A stretch of DNA of 42,279 nt from Candidatus Bathyarchaeia archaeon (GCA_049512935.1 JBEKWR010000016.1:1-42279), one strand, 5' to 3'; positions 29,181 to 37,264 are shown, counted from the first letter of the stretch. The notes: generated by a model from the letters alone, not told the origin. Translations and numbers: made by a program.

Positions 29181-30221
29181 TTACGTGCCACCCTGCGTTA
29201 AGGTCGTGCCGCATTCGGGACAGAACTTTGAATTTGCAGGGATTGGCTTACCGCATTTGGGACAGTTGATTGTGGCTTGGGATGGAGGCGTAAGAGAGGC
29301 TCCGCATTCGGGGCAGAACTTCGACGTTGCTGGAACACGCGCGCCGCATTTGGGACATATCAAAAGAGTCATTGCTTGTGCTGGCGCCTGAGCTGGAGGA
29401 GCCGCGGAGTTCATGACTTGCGGTATAAGAACCATTCCTGTGCCTAAACCCGCTCCGCCGCCACCGCCGCCGCCTGAGCCTAGAGATGCAGCCGCGTTCT
29501 GCACGGTTTCCATTCGCAGGACTGTGTCTGCAGATACGTTTCCAGTCTTAAGGTAGAACAGCCGTTGACGGTACTCTGGGGTGGTGTCGATACCTTCGAA
29601 CCGCAGGTCGGTTAATTCGATGCCTAAACGTTTGAAGTAGTCTAAAACGGAGTTCTTAACAATCACCGAAGTTTCTTGAAGCCTGGTGAAGACGGTGACC
29701 AGGTCGTAATGGGAAATCTCCGCGATTATCTTTTCGTTAAGAAAGCCTCTGAGGAAGTTGTTGACGTCGTCCGTTGTGTAAGCGTTTTGTCCGCCCACAA
29801 CCTCGTTGACGAACAGGGTTGCGTCTTCGATTTTGAATAGGAACTGACCGTAAACCTTCAGCGGAGCCAACTCGGTTGTCTGAGCACTTGTGCCCCATTT
29901 GCCGTTGAAAACCTTAGTGGCGATATAAATTACCATCGATGTGAACGGCTTGTCTTTTCCGTATCCTGCAATCCGCGTCAATGCGCCCGTTAGCAACGGC
30001 AAATTCAACGTGGTTAAGGTGTGCCTGCCAGGACCGAAAACATCGTAAGCCTTCCCGTCTCTGAAGAATACAGCTACCTCGTATTCATGCACAATAAGTT
30101 GAGCTCCCCAGGTTATAGCCTCAGATGCGTTTGTTCCTGGTGTTGCTCCTGATGGAGCCCATCTGTAGATTATTTCTTCTGCGTTTGCTTGTGAACTTGC
30201 CCATTCTATTACTTGTGGCAT
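29181..30221 (-). CDS. SPFH/band-7 (YdjI-like) protein with C-terminal double zinc ribbons
   Basis: QLIVHEYEVAVFFRDGKAYDVFGPGRHTLTTLNLPLL, Gly-rich linker, two CPKCG-x8-FCPECG units. Confidence 0.9.
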   Translation of the reverse strand: MPQVIEWASSQANAEEIIYRWAPSGATPGTNASEAITWGAQLIVHEYEVAVFFRDGKAYDVFGPGRHTLTTLNLPLLTGALTRIAGYGKDKPFTSMVIYIATKVFNGKWGTSAQTTELAPLKVYGQFLFKIEDATLFVNEVVGGQNAYTTDDVNNFLRGFLNEKIIAEISHYDLVTVFTRLQETSVIVKNSVLDYFKRLGIELTDLRFEGIDTTPEYRQRLFYLKTGNVSADTVLRMETVQNAAASLGSGGGGGGGAGLGTGMVLIPQVMNSAAPPAQAPAQAMTLLICPKCGARVPATSKFCPECGASLTPPSQATINCPKCGKPIPANSKFCPECGTTLTQGGT

Positions 30222-30222
30222 T

Positions 30223-30759
30223 TTAACTCACTCCCATCATGATTTCGTTACGTTGATCAAACGTGTTCTCTAAACTTTCAAGCTTATCTGTCACACTCTG
30301 AACATGGCTCTGGAGGTTTGACGTGGCACCGCTAGCTAAATCCGTCTTGAAGGCGTTGACCTCGGTGGTTAAGGCGTTTATGAGGTCTAAAAGCTTATTG
30401 TCGAAAGCTATCATGTCGTCAAGGTTCTGTTCTTTGACTTTCACAGCGTCAAAGAAGCCGCTGTACCCGTAGGAGGCATGATTGACCTTTTCAACCACAC
30501 GGTCCATTTTAGCCAATAAACGATCCATGTCTGTTAAGACGTCGAAGTAGCGGCGGTCAGCCAAACTCTGCTCAATCGCCCTCAAATCTGTCTTTTCCAC
30601 AGACAGCTTCATGTACAGGTGATTCCTAATCAGCCTGTCACTTTCCCGCCGTATTTCCTTTTCTTTATAGCCGCGGAAACCTGGAATAAAAGCAGCAATG
30701 CGCTCAGGAAGGTTCATTTGACCCTGAACTTTTGATAACATATCGTTTTGATCGCTCAT
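30223..30759 (-). CDS. Conserved helical/coiled-coil hypothetical protein
   Basis: IPGFRGYKEKEIRRESDRLIR and ASYGYSGFFDAVKV motifs; 1 nt from the SPFH start. Confidence 0.85.
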   Translation of the reverse strand: MSDQNDMLSKVQGQMNLPERIAAFIPGFRGYKEKEIRRESDRLIRNHLYMKLSVEKTDLRAIEQSLADRRYFDVLTDMDRLLAKMDRVVEKVNHASYGYSGFFDAVKVKEQNLDDMIAFDNKLLDLINALTTEVNAFKTDLASGATSNLQSHVQSVTDKLESLENTFDQRNEIMMGVS

Positions 30760-30882
30760 TTTACAATACCGCCTTTTTTATTATCCGTTGATAATAAGAG
30801 GTCACTTTTAAAGGTTTTTAGGACATGCAAAGATCAGAACTTGGCAGGTGGGATATCACCTTCAGGACTGTTACGCCAGTTT

Positions 30883-32265
30883 CTACGCACCTAAGTGTTC
30901 ACGTTTCAGTATTTCCCGCGCCACAATCACGCCTGAAGCTGAAGCCTGAATCAAGCCGCGCGTGACGCCTGCGCCGTCGCCGATTGTGAACATGTTTTGG
31001 ATTTTACTTTCCAAAGCATTGCTGAGCTGCAGATGGGAAGAGTAGAACTTGACTTCTATGCCGTAGAGCAAAGTGTCCCGTGAATGGATTCCAGGCGCGA
31101 TAACGTCGAGGGCTTGAAGCATCTCGCGGATGTCCACCAAGTAACGGTAGGGCAAAACGAAGCTTAAGTCGCCTGGGGTAGCGTTCTTCAAAGTGGGGGT
31201 AACCACGCTTCGCGATAAACGTTCAGGTGTCGAACGACGACCAACAACCAAATCGCCTAACCGCTGAACCATCACACCGCCGCTTAAAAGGTTCGAAAGC
31301 CTAGCAACATATTTGCCGTAAGCAATAGGCTCTTTGAACGGCTCCGTGAACGAGGTGCTGACGAGGATAGCGAAGTTGGTGTTATCAGTCCTTCTTTCCG
31401 CATAGCTTCCGCCGTTAACCGTTAACACGCCGTCGTATGATTCCGTGGTAACTTCCCCGTAGGGCGAGACACAGAAAGTGCGGACTTGGTCATCAAACTG
31501 CCGTGAGTAATAAACAAGCTTCGGCTCATAAAGCGCCTTAGTCAAGTTCTCCATAACAGAAGCCAAAACTTCAACGCGTACGCCGATGTCAACGGGGTTG
31601 TTCACGGTTTTTAACCCGCGAACCTGAGCTTCAGTTTGAAGCCATTCTGCGCCGCTCCTACCAGGCGCAATTATCACGTATTTGCCGAAGATTTTTTCGC
31701 CGTCAACCGTTTCCACGCCTTGGATCAGGTGGTTCTCGGTGATGAGCGCTTTGACCTCTGATTTTGGGCGGAAAGTGATTTTCCCGTTGAGTTCTTTGCG
31801 CATTCGCTGCAGGGTTTCTTTGCACTTGTCCGTGCCCATGTGACGGACCTCTTGCCTGATAAGCTTTAATCCTGCCAACGAAGCGGCACGCTCGATTTCA
31901 TCTACTTTTTCATTATCGCCACCGTAAACTCGGTCGCTTGCCCCGAACTTCAGGTAGATGCTATCGACGTGTTTCACCAGTGCCTGGAGCTCCTTTGTTG
32001 AGACGTACTGGTTTAGCCAGCCGCCGACTTCTGTTGACAACGTGAGTTTTCCGTCACTGTACGCGCCTGCTCCGCCCCAGCCGGAGAGAACTGAGCATGG
32101 TTCACAGTGAACACATTCGAATCCTCGGCTTGATGGGCATTTGCGTTTGTCAATATCGGGTCCCCTGTCAAGGATGAGGACGCTTAAGTTTGTTTTCTCC
32201 GTTAGTTCTAGCGCTGAAAAGATGCCTGCTGGCCCTGCGCCCACGATTATCACGTCATACTTCAT
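30883..32265 (-). CDS. NAD(P)/FAD-dependent oxidoreductase (COG2509-like)
   Basis: IIVGAGPAG, GWGGAGAYSDGKL, DIGVRVE, IGDGAGVTRGL. Confidence 0.9.
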   Translation of the reverse strand: MKYDVIIVGAGPAGIFSALELTEKTNLSVLILDRGPDIDKRKCPSSRGFECVHCEPCSVLSGWGGAGAYSDGKLTLSTEVGGWLNQYVSTKELQALVKHVDSIYLKFGASDRVYGGDNEKVDEIERAASLAGLKLIRQEVRHMGTDKCKETLQRMRKELNGKITFRPKSEVKALITENHLIQGVETVDGEKIFGKYVIIAPGRSGAEWLQTEAQVRGLKTVNNPVDIGVRVEVLASVMENLTKALYEPKLVYYSRQFDDQVRTFCVSPYGEVTTESYDGVLTVNGGSYAERRTDNTNFAILVSTSFTEPFKEPIAYGKYVARLSNLLSGGVMVQRLGDLVVGRRSTPERLSRSVVTPTLKNATPGDLSFVLPYRYLVDIREMLQALDVIAPGIHSRDTLLYGIEVKFYSSHLQLSNALESKIQNMFTIGDGAGVTRGLIQASASGVIVAREILKREHLGA

Positions 32266-32437
32266 GGGGAACTCTCTCCTTGGAACCCAGAACTACATGC
32301 AACAGGTAGGATATATTTGTTCGCGAAAACCCGTGGAAAGAAAGATCGATGATTTTGACTGGCAGAAAAGCTCTTTTATGGATATATCTAAAGAACATTT
32401 ATTATGGCAAACCGTCGCTTATGAATTAGCGAAAAAA

Positions 32438-32911
32438 ATGCCTAACGAACCCCATTCTGAAAACAACTTTGATGAATTAATCAGCGACTTCTCACGCTTC
32501 TACATACTCACCATACTGTATGAGGGACCAGCGTATGGATACAGCATCATCAGCCGATTCAAGAAAAGAGTAAAAAAAGATGTAAGTCCCAGCCTGGTTT
32601 ACCCGTTTCTTGGGCAGCTGGAAGAAAAAGGGTTGGTCACGCACACGATAAAACCCGTGGGCGAAAAAGAAAGAAAAATCTTCGAGTTAACCCAAGCAGG
32701 CAGAGAATTATGCACGGAGCTTTTCAAACGCTTCGCCGACCTAGTGTCAATCGCCATTGAGCCAAGCCTCTATGTCTGCGCCCACTGCGGATGCAAAGTC
32801 TACGAGGGCGGCTACAGAGAAGCCATAGACGGCAGGGAAACAGCGTTCTGCTGCATCCACTGCGCCATGTCATACAAGGAAGCAAAAAGGCTGGCTAAAC
32901 AAAAAAGCTGA
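32438..32911 (+). CDS. PadR-family regulator with C-terminal Cys-rich (TRASH-like) metal-binding domain
   Basis: YGYSII, SPSLVYPFLGQLEEKGLV, RKIFELTQAG; CAHCGC...FCCIHC. Start placed at ATG 32438. Confidence 0.88.
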   Translation: MPNEPHSENNFDELISDFSRFYILTILYEGPAYGYSIISRFKKRVKKDVSPSLVYPFLGQLEEKGLVTHTIKPVGEKERKIFELTQAGRELCTELFKRFADLVSIAIEPSLYVCAHCGCKVYEGGYREAIDGRETAFCCIHCAMSYKEAKRLAKQKS

Positions 32912-32980
32912 TTCCGACAGCCACCAAGATTGCGATTGATTTATAGATAATTATACTCCACAAAAAATAGTTCGGAGCTG

Positions 32981-32998
32981 CTAGTCTTTTATGGCTTC
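32981..32998. repeat. Left att-like direct repeat CTAGTCTTTTATGGCTTC
   Basis: Identical to 36014-36031; match extends to 25 bp with 2 mismatches (TACAAAG vs AATAAAG). Confidence 0.9.
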
Positions 32999-33298
32999 TA
33001 CAAAGTTAAAGTGACAAAATCCTTCGTTAGTCTCTTTTTTCTATTAAATACTTAATAGATAACCAATGGAGCCATCTCCCGCATACCCATTTTTTTATTT
33101 AAAAGGAAAAGATGAAAAAATTAACATTTGGCAACAAATTTGTAGAGGCTAGTCAGTGTTATTTGCCTTCACGATGTCTAGATATTTGTTGTAGTCTTCA
33201 GTAAGCAACATATCCTAAACTATTCCAACATATTATAAACTTATATGGCAGTTAATAGTAAACAGATAAAACGCTTAGCTTAATTGAGGAGATTAAAT

Positions 33299-33535
33299 TT
33301 GGAAGAATGCCCAAAATGTGAAAAATGGACCTTTTCTTATAATCCTAAAGCTGAAATGAAGGTTTGCTTTAGTTGTGGCTATAACGTTAAGTTTCCTTTC
33401 GACCAATTTATTAATGAAAAAAACGTTATAAATTTTCTTAGTTATCCAAAGCATAAAAGAATTGAAGAAAACAATCAGATGGTTTGCAGAACAATCATAA
33501 TGCAACCTTTAAAAAAATTTTCTATGTGCCCTTAA
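33299..33535 (+). CDS. Small Zn-ribbon protein
   Basis: GAGGAG SD before TTG 33299; CPKC-x15-CFSC; 14-bp convergent overlap with the deaminase gene. Confidence 0.7.
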   Translation: MEECPKCEKWTFSYNPKAEMKVCFSCGYNVKFPFDQFINEKNVINFLSYPKHKRIEENNQMVCRTIIMQPLKKFSMCP

Positions 33536-34805
33536 CCTCATCTTCTTTTTTCCTCTGCCATGGTCCGAAGACTCTGAAATAGGCTTTGGCTTTGATTCCT
33601 TCAAACTTGTTAACTTTAACATCTGCTTCCTTGAGAAGCCTGATCGAATCTTCATCAGGATATGGCTCAACATAGACAACATTCTTAATTTTGCTAAATA
33701 CTATTTTTTGAGAACATGTAAAGCATGGAAAGGTAGTGGTGTAGAGTGTGCATCCTTCTATGTTTCTGCTGCCTGCCGTCAAAATAGCTTTTTCTTCAGC
33801 ATGTAAAGCAGTGCAACGATCCATAATTTTATCTTTAATAAAATATTTGCCTAAATCAAAATTGCAAGTGTGTCCATTGGGTAATTTGTTCTTGCAGAAG
33901 AAAGGGAATTTTACATCCTTAATTTTTTGTTCACATTTTGGGCAAACAGTTGCGTTACTCTCAAGTTCGGCCATACGTTTGTTTTTGCATATATCTCTGT
34001 AGCAACCAGCATACTTAATGAAGCAAGGTTTCATTGGATACGGATTCTCGTTATAACCGACCGAAAGTATGGCATCTTTTTTCTCGTCTACGATGACGGC
34101 ACCAACCCTTCTTTTGATACATTGAGACATTAATGACGCTGAATATGCCATACCCATGTAAGATTCCACCGCTTCAGGTGGTCTAAGTTTGCCTTCAAAT
34201 AATTCTATGTATGGATCTATTTTCGATTTAAGCTTCAAAACAGCTGTGGGTCTTGACGGAAATGTTTCATCATTATCAAGCATCATGTCAGCTTCATCAA
34301 CGCAAAGCTGAACTTGCTGTCCGTGCTCAGTCCATTCTTCTAGTTTATCTCTTTTGTCATCCTCAAAAAATTGGTCTTCGCCCTGACCCAATTTTTTATA
34401 ATCATCTTTTACCCGTTCCCATCTAATGCCAGTTGAACAGTCAACAGCTATTAGGAAAAAATTTCTGTATGAACTTCGGAGATATTCAACCTCGCCCAAA
34501 TTTCTAATACTTGAAAATACCAATCGTTTGTTTTCTTTTGCTCGTTCATTGGCTTCATTGACCGCTAAGGATGCTAAATAACTATTTTCTTTGCTTTCTC
34601 TCAATTCATTGCCCATATTCTGGAGATCACTTTTTTTTGCCTCTTTTGAATCCTTTCCATTTTTCTGAGCCCAAGCTTCTTTAACATATTTAGAAAGCGA
34701 GAATTGCTCAAATCCTAGTTTTACGAGCGCCTCGCCAAGAGTGGAACAACCACTTCCGAATGATCCAGTTAACCCCAGAGCGAGCTTTTCTTTTACTTCC
34801 GTCAT
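33522..34805 (-). CDS. AvcD-like P-loop nucleotide kinase / deoxycytidylate (dCTP) deaminase fusion
   Basis: N-terminal GLTGSFGSGCST P-loop, RD...HGQQV...AD; C-terminal S-x-C-x-KRRVGAVI, GYNENP, HAEEKAI, TTTFPCFTC, YVEPYP, FEGIKAKAYFRVF. Confidence 0.85.
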   Translation of the reverse strand: MTEVKEKLALGLTGSFGSGCSTLGEALVKLGFEQFSLSKYVKEAWAQKNGKDSKEAKKSDLQNMGNELRESKENSYLASLAVNEANERAKENKRLVFSSIRNLGEVEYLRSSYRNFFLIAVDCSTGIRWERVKDDYKKLGQGEDQFFEDDKRDKLEEWTEHGQQVQLCVDEADMMLDNDETFPSRPTAVLKLKSKIDPYIELFEGKLRPPEAVESYMGMAYSASLMSQCIKRRVGAVIVDEKKDAILSVGYNENPYPMKPCFIKYAGCYRDICKNKRMAELESNATVCPKCEQKIKDVKFPFFCKNKLPNGHTCNFDLGKYFIKDKIMDRCTALHAEEKAILTAGSRNIEGCTLYTTTFPCFTCSQKIVFSKIKNVVYVEPYPDEDSIRLLKEADVKVNKFEGIKAKAYFRVFGPWQRKKEDEVKGT

Positions 34806-34820
34806 ACTTGATCGCCGTAT

Positions 34821-35588
34821 TTAGTCTTTAATTTTCTTTTTATCCGGAACATGCTTCACAACGGCACGCTCAACGGTGTCTACAGGCAGATACAACATCG
34901 CACCACTCCTGCGGAACTTTCCGCTCGCATCAAGAACCACGCATCGAGGTCCAGACTTTTTTTTCAGCATTTCAGCATCAAGAAAACTCTTAACTATAGA
35001 AAGGGCAGATTGCTCTTCGAAAGCCTCTTTGCACGCATAACTAAGTGCTATTCGAGTAACCTCTACACTATCCACCCAATCAACATCTCTCAACAATATA
35101 GGAACATCAACAGGTTCCATTTCGCCAGATTTTTCAGCCATTAACATCACGATGCTGCCTAGACTCAGAAGACCATCAGATTGCTTAGCTTCAGAAAAAT
35201 CGTTTATTCCTTCCAAAGAGGTTAGTTTGTATTTGTCAATTATACGTTTCCAATGTTCGAAAACCGATGGTGATGTTCTCCAAAACTCGTCCATCAGAAA
35301 CAATAATGTTGATTCTTTGACATCTGCCCACTGACCATTTTTGACTTCAATAAGGTCAATTGGCAATTTTGAAAGCTCACTTCTAACGAAATCCACATAT
35401 TCACTCAGTTTATCGTAATGCTCGAGAAGGATTTCATTATCCTGACAAAGTTTTTGAATGCAAGAGCGTACGAAATCTGATTTATTGATTTGAATCATTT
35501 GAGCCACCGTATCAAATTGTTGAGATAATGTCTTCTCAATTCTGGCCGAAATGGTTGTTAATCTGACGAGGTCCGCCATTGTAATCAC
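34821..35588 (-). CDS. 255-aa protein: N-terminal ribbon-helix-helix-like domain plus unrecognised C-terminal domain
   Basis: TTISARIEKTLSQQFDTVAQMIQINKSDFVRSCIQKL fits the CopG/MetJ-Arc pattern; 15 bp upstream of the deaminase. Start is GTG 35588 or ATG 35579. Confidence 0.75.
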   Translation of the reverse strand: MITMADLVRLTTISARIEKTLSQQFDTVAQMIQINKSDFVRSCIQKLCQDNEILLEHYDKLSEYVDFVRSELSKLPIDLIEVKNGQWADVKESTLLFLMDEFWRTSPSVFEHWKRIIDKYKLTSLEGINDFSEAKQSDGLLSLGSIVMLMAEKSGEMEPVDVPILLRDVDWVDSVEVTRIALSYACKEAFEEQSALSIVKSFLDAEMLKKKSGPRCVVLDASGKFRRSGAMLYLPVDTVERAVVKHVPDKKKIKD

Positions 35589-35618
35589 TTGTTTACTGCA
35601 AACTACTTATCTAAATCT

Positions 35619-35635
35619 GTAATACCTTGTATTAC
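35619..35635. promoter_or_regulatory. Palindromic operator GTAATAC-CTT-GTATTAC
   Basis: Perfect 7-bp inverted repeat between the minus-strand TTTAAA box (35639-35644) and the RHH gene start. Confidence 0.6.
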
Positions 35636-35714
35636 GCATTTAAACTTTGTGTACGCCTGATTCTCTTTCGTTCATAAGTAAAGAATAACTTCAATTTCGG
35701 GAGGACAAGCAAAG

Positions 35715-35815
35715 TTGGAAACGGTCAATATACGCTTAGAACGCTAAAGCGTGAAGGATTGGGCCTTTCTGAAGCCGAGATTGTAAGCCGAGGATTGATC
35801 CGTTTGCCAAACTGA
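35715..35815 (+). pseudogene. Possible frameshifted small RHH gene remnant
   Basis: GGGAGG SD, TTG start, METVNIRL then stop; another frame continues TLKREGLGLSEAEIVSRGLIRL. Confidence 0.35.
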
Positions 35816-35997
35816 TGCCAAGACCTTAGAAACACACTAATCTACATTAACCTAGAAAAAGCACTCTTTCAAAATGCTGATGAAGAATACCATGTAAAAG
35901 TTGCCGAAAACTTACAAGAAGCATGCAAACTACTAGAAGTAGGCTTTGAATACGTTACTGATCTAACGGCGCTAAGCTGTTTAGGAAAAGAAAGTAG
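35816..35997 (+). pseudogene. Tyrosine recombinase/integrase C-terminal remnant, frameshifted
   Basis: RNTLIYINLEKALFQNADEEYHVKVAENLQEACKLLEVGFEYVTD, frameshift, NGAKLFRKRK*. NTLIY resembles the catalytic-Tyr segment; no start codon; lies next to the att repeat. Confidence 0.75.
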
Positions 35998-36013
35998 TCC
36001 TATATGCTCTAAA

Positions 36014-36031
36014 CTAGTCTTTTATGGCTTC
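36014..36031. repeat. Right att-like direct repeat, equal to the last six codons of the UPF0147 gene
   Basis: CTAGTCTTTTATGGCTTC; the minus strand reads E-A-I-K-D-stop. Confidence 0.9.
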
Positions 36032-36292
36032 AATAAAGCTCATTACGTTCCAGAGCTTAACCCGCGTGTAGGGCGGCATGTTTGGGTCTTGAAGAATCTC
36101 GTCCAGAAGCGACACTGCGTTTGAAGCGCGCACGGCAACTGTGTACTCGCCGCTTTGTAGGGAGTTCATGGCGTCTTTGGCTGAGCGTCTTATGTTTCTA
36201 GGCGTTGTGCTGTCCTCGGAAACTTCTGCAAGCACCGCTAACGCTTGTTTAATTTTTGCATCGTATTCTTCAGCCTTTTTTTTGCGAACCAT
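36014..36292 (-). CDS. UPF0147 family protein
   Basis: EDSTTPRNIRRSA, RASNAVSLLDEILQDPNMPPYTRVKLWN; start at MVRKKK (36292), not 36610. Confidence 0.92.
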   Translation of the reverse strand: MVRKKKAEEYDAKIKQALAVLAEVSEDSTTPRNIRRSAKDAMNSLQSGEYTVAVRASNAVSLLDEILQDPNMPPYTRVKLWNVMSFIEAIKD

Positions 36293-36368
36293 AATGGACC
36301 CTGCCCGCGCATTTTTGGAAGTGACCAAGTTATATAAGGATTGATACGTATTTACTTTGGGGTTGCTC

Positions 36369-36734
36369 TTGCAAGAAAACAAAGAAAATAACACACCTAT
36401 TAAGCGTATGGCTGACCTGCTAAGGCAAGGCGCCGCTTTAACCGACCTGGCATGCCCCGCCTGCTCCTCGCCGCTCTTCAGGCTGCAAGACGGCACTTTG
36501 TGGTGTGCAAAAGACGAGAAAAAAGTCGTCATAGTTAAAGAAGGCGAAGAACCCGCCAAGCCGTCAGCTGGCACAGCATACGATAAGCTGGAATCCACCT
36601 TGCTCAGCAAAATTCAGGACTTGGAGGGCAAAATCGAAAAGACCGAGGACGCGGAAGAACTGCAGAAACTCAGCACCGCATTGTCCCAACTGCTTGACAG
36701 CCTCGGCAAAGTTCAGAAAATGAAGAAAGCCTAA
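36369..36734 (+). CDS. UPF0148 / Sjogren-scleroderma autoantigen-1-like Zn-ribbon protein
   Basis: RMADLLRQGAALTDLACPACSSPLF...WCAKD plus coiled-coil tail; divergent from UPF0147. Exact start uncertain. Confidence 0.85.
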   Translation: MQENKENNTPIKRMADLLRQGAALTDLACPACSSPLFRLQDGTLWCAKDEKKVVIVKEGEEPAKPSAGTAYDKLESTLLSKIQDLEGKIEKTEDAEELQKLSTALSQLLDSLGKVQKMKKA

Positions 36735-36748
36735 GCGAGGAACGTTTT

Positions 36749-37264
36749 ACGCTGGGTTTATTCGACAATTTTCCCCCTAACATCCACATGTATCAGGGTT
36801 TCAATTCGGCGATCCCCAGCGGGCAGCTTCAGCGAAGGCTGATCCAGACGTTTTATGAAGTGAACAAGAAAGAGTTCAGTTTCGAGGAAGCCGCTAACCC
36901 CACGATTCCTGGGTGCAAAATAATTTTTGAGTTCGGTTTGGCTGACGCTGAAAGCTTCAACTACATCGACGAGGAAGAAGTTGAAAAAGCGCTTAGTCTG
37001 CTGGAGAAGGAACACTTGGATATTATGGACTTTTTCTGTGCAATACGCTACTACAAGCGCGAGGAAGAGAAAAACAGAGCATTGAAATTCGATTACTACC
37101 TAATCAGAACGGTGTACAACAAGCGCATTTTTGAAATTCAAGTCTTCCACAAACAGGGTCTCAGGTACCTAACTGCTGAAGATCTAACGCTGTTTATCTT
37201 TAACAGAATAAACGAAGCCTCAAAGAGGAAAGTTCTAAAGAAAACACCTGAAAACCCAACGTAA
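36749..37264 (+). CDS. Hypothetical protein; probable non-canonical start (ACG 36749 or CTG 36752), first ATG at 36788
   Basis: Protein-like ORF (KFDYYLIR, QVFHKQGLRY); in-frame extension LGLFDNFPPNIH behind a GAGG SD at 36737-36740. Confidence 0.75.
   Translation, partial: TLGLFDNFPPNIHMYQGFNSAIPSGQLQRRLIQTFYEVNKKEFSFEEAANPTIPGCKIIFEFGLADAESFNYIDEEEVEKALSLLEKEHLDIMDFFCAIRYYKREEEKNRALKFDYYLIRTVYNKRIFEIQVFHKQGLRYLTAEDLTLFIFNRINEASKRKVLKKTPENPT

Larger units (their letters stand above)
32981..36031. mobile_element. Degenerate integrative element inserted at the 3' end of the UPF0147 gene
   Basis: Exact 18-bp flanking direct repeat, visibly AT-richer interior, integrase remnant 16 bp from the right repeat, defence-like cargo. 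Confidence 0.85.

Noticed and set aside
32141-32437. Long N-terminal extensions in the ORF track (padR; also trpY, CBS, UPF0147, tmk)
   Set aside because: They overlap divergent genes or promoter regions; downstream starts fit the domain boundaries.
33006-33283. AT-rich non-coding stretch as an AvcI-like RNA
   Set aside because: It lies downstream of the deaminase, shows no convincing structure and probably holds the Zn-ribbon promoter; only RNA-seq could reopen this.
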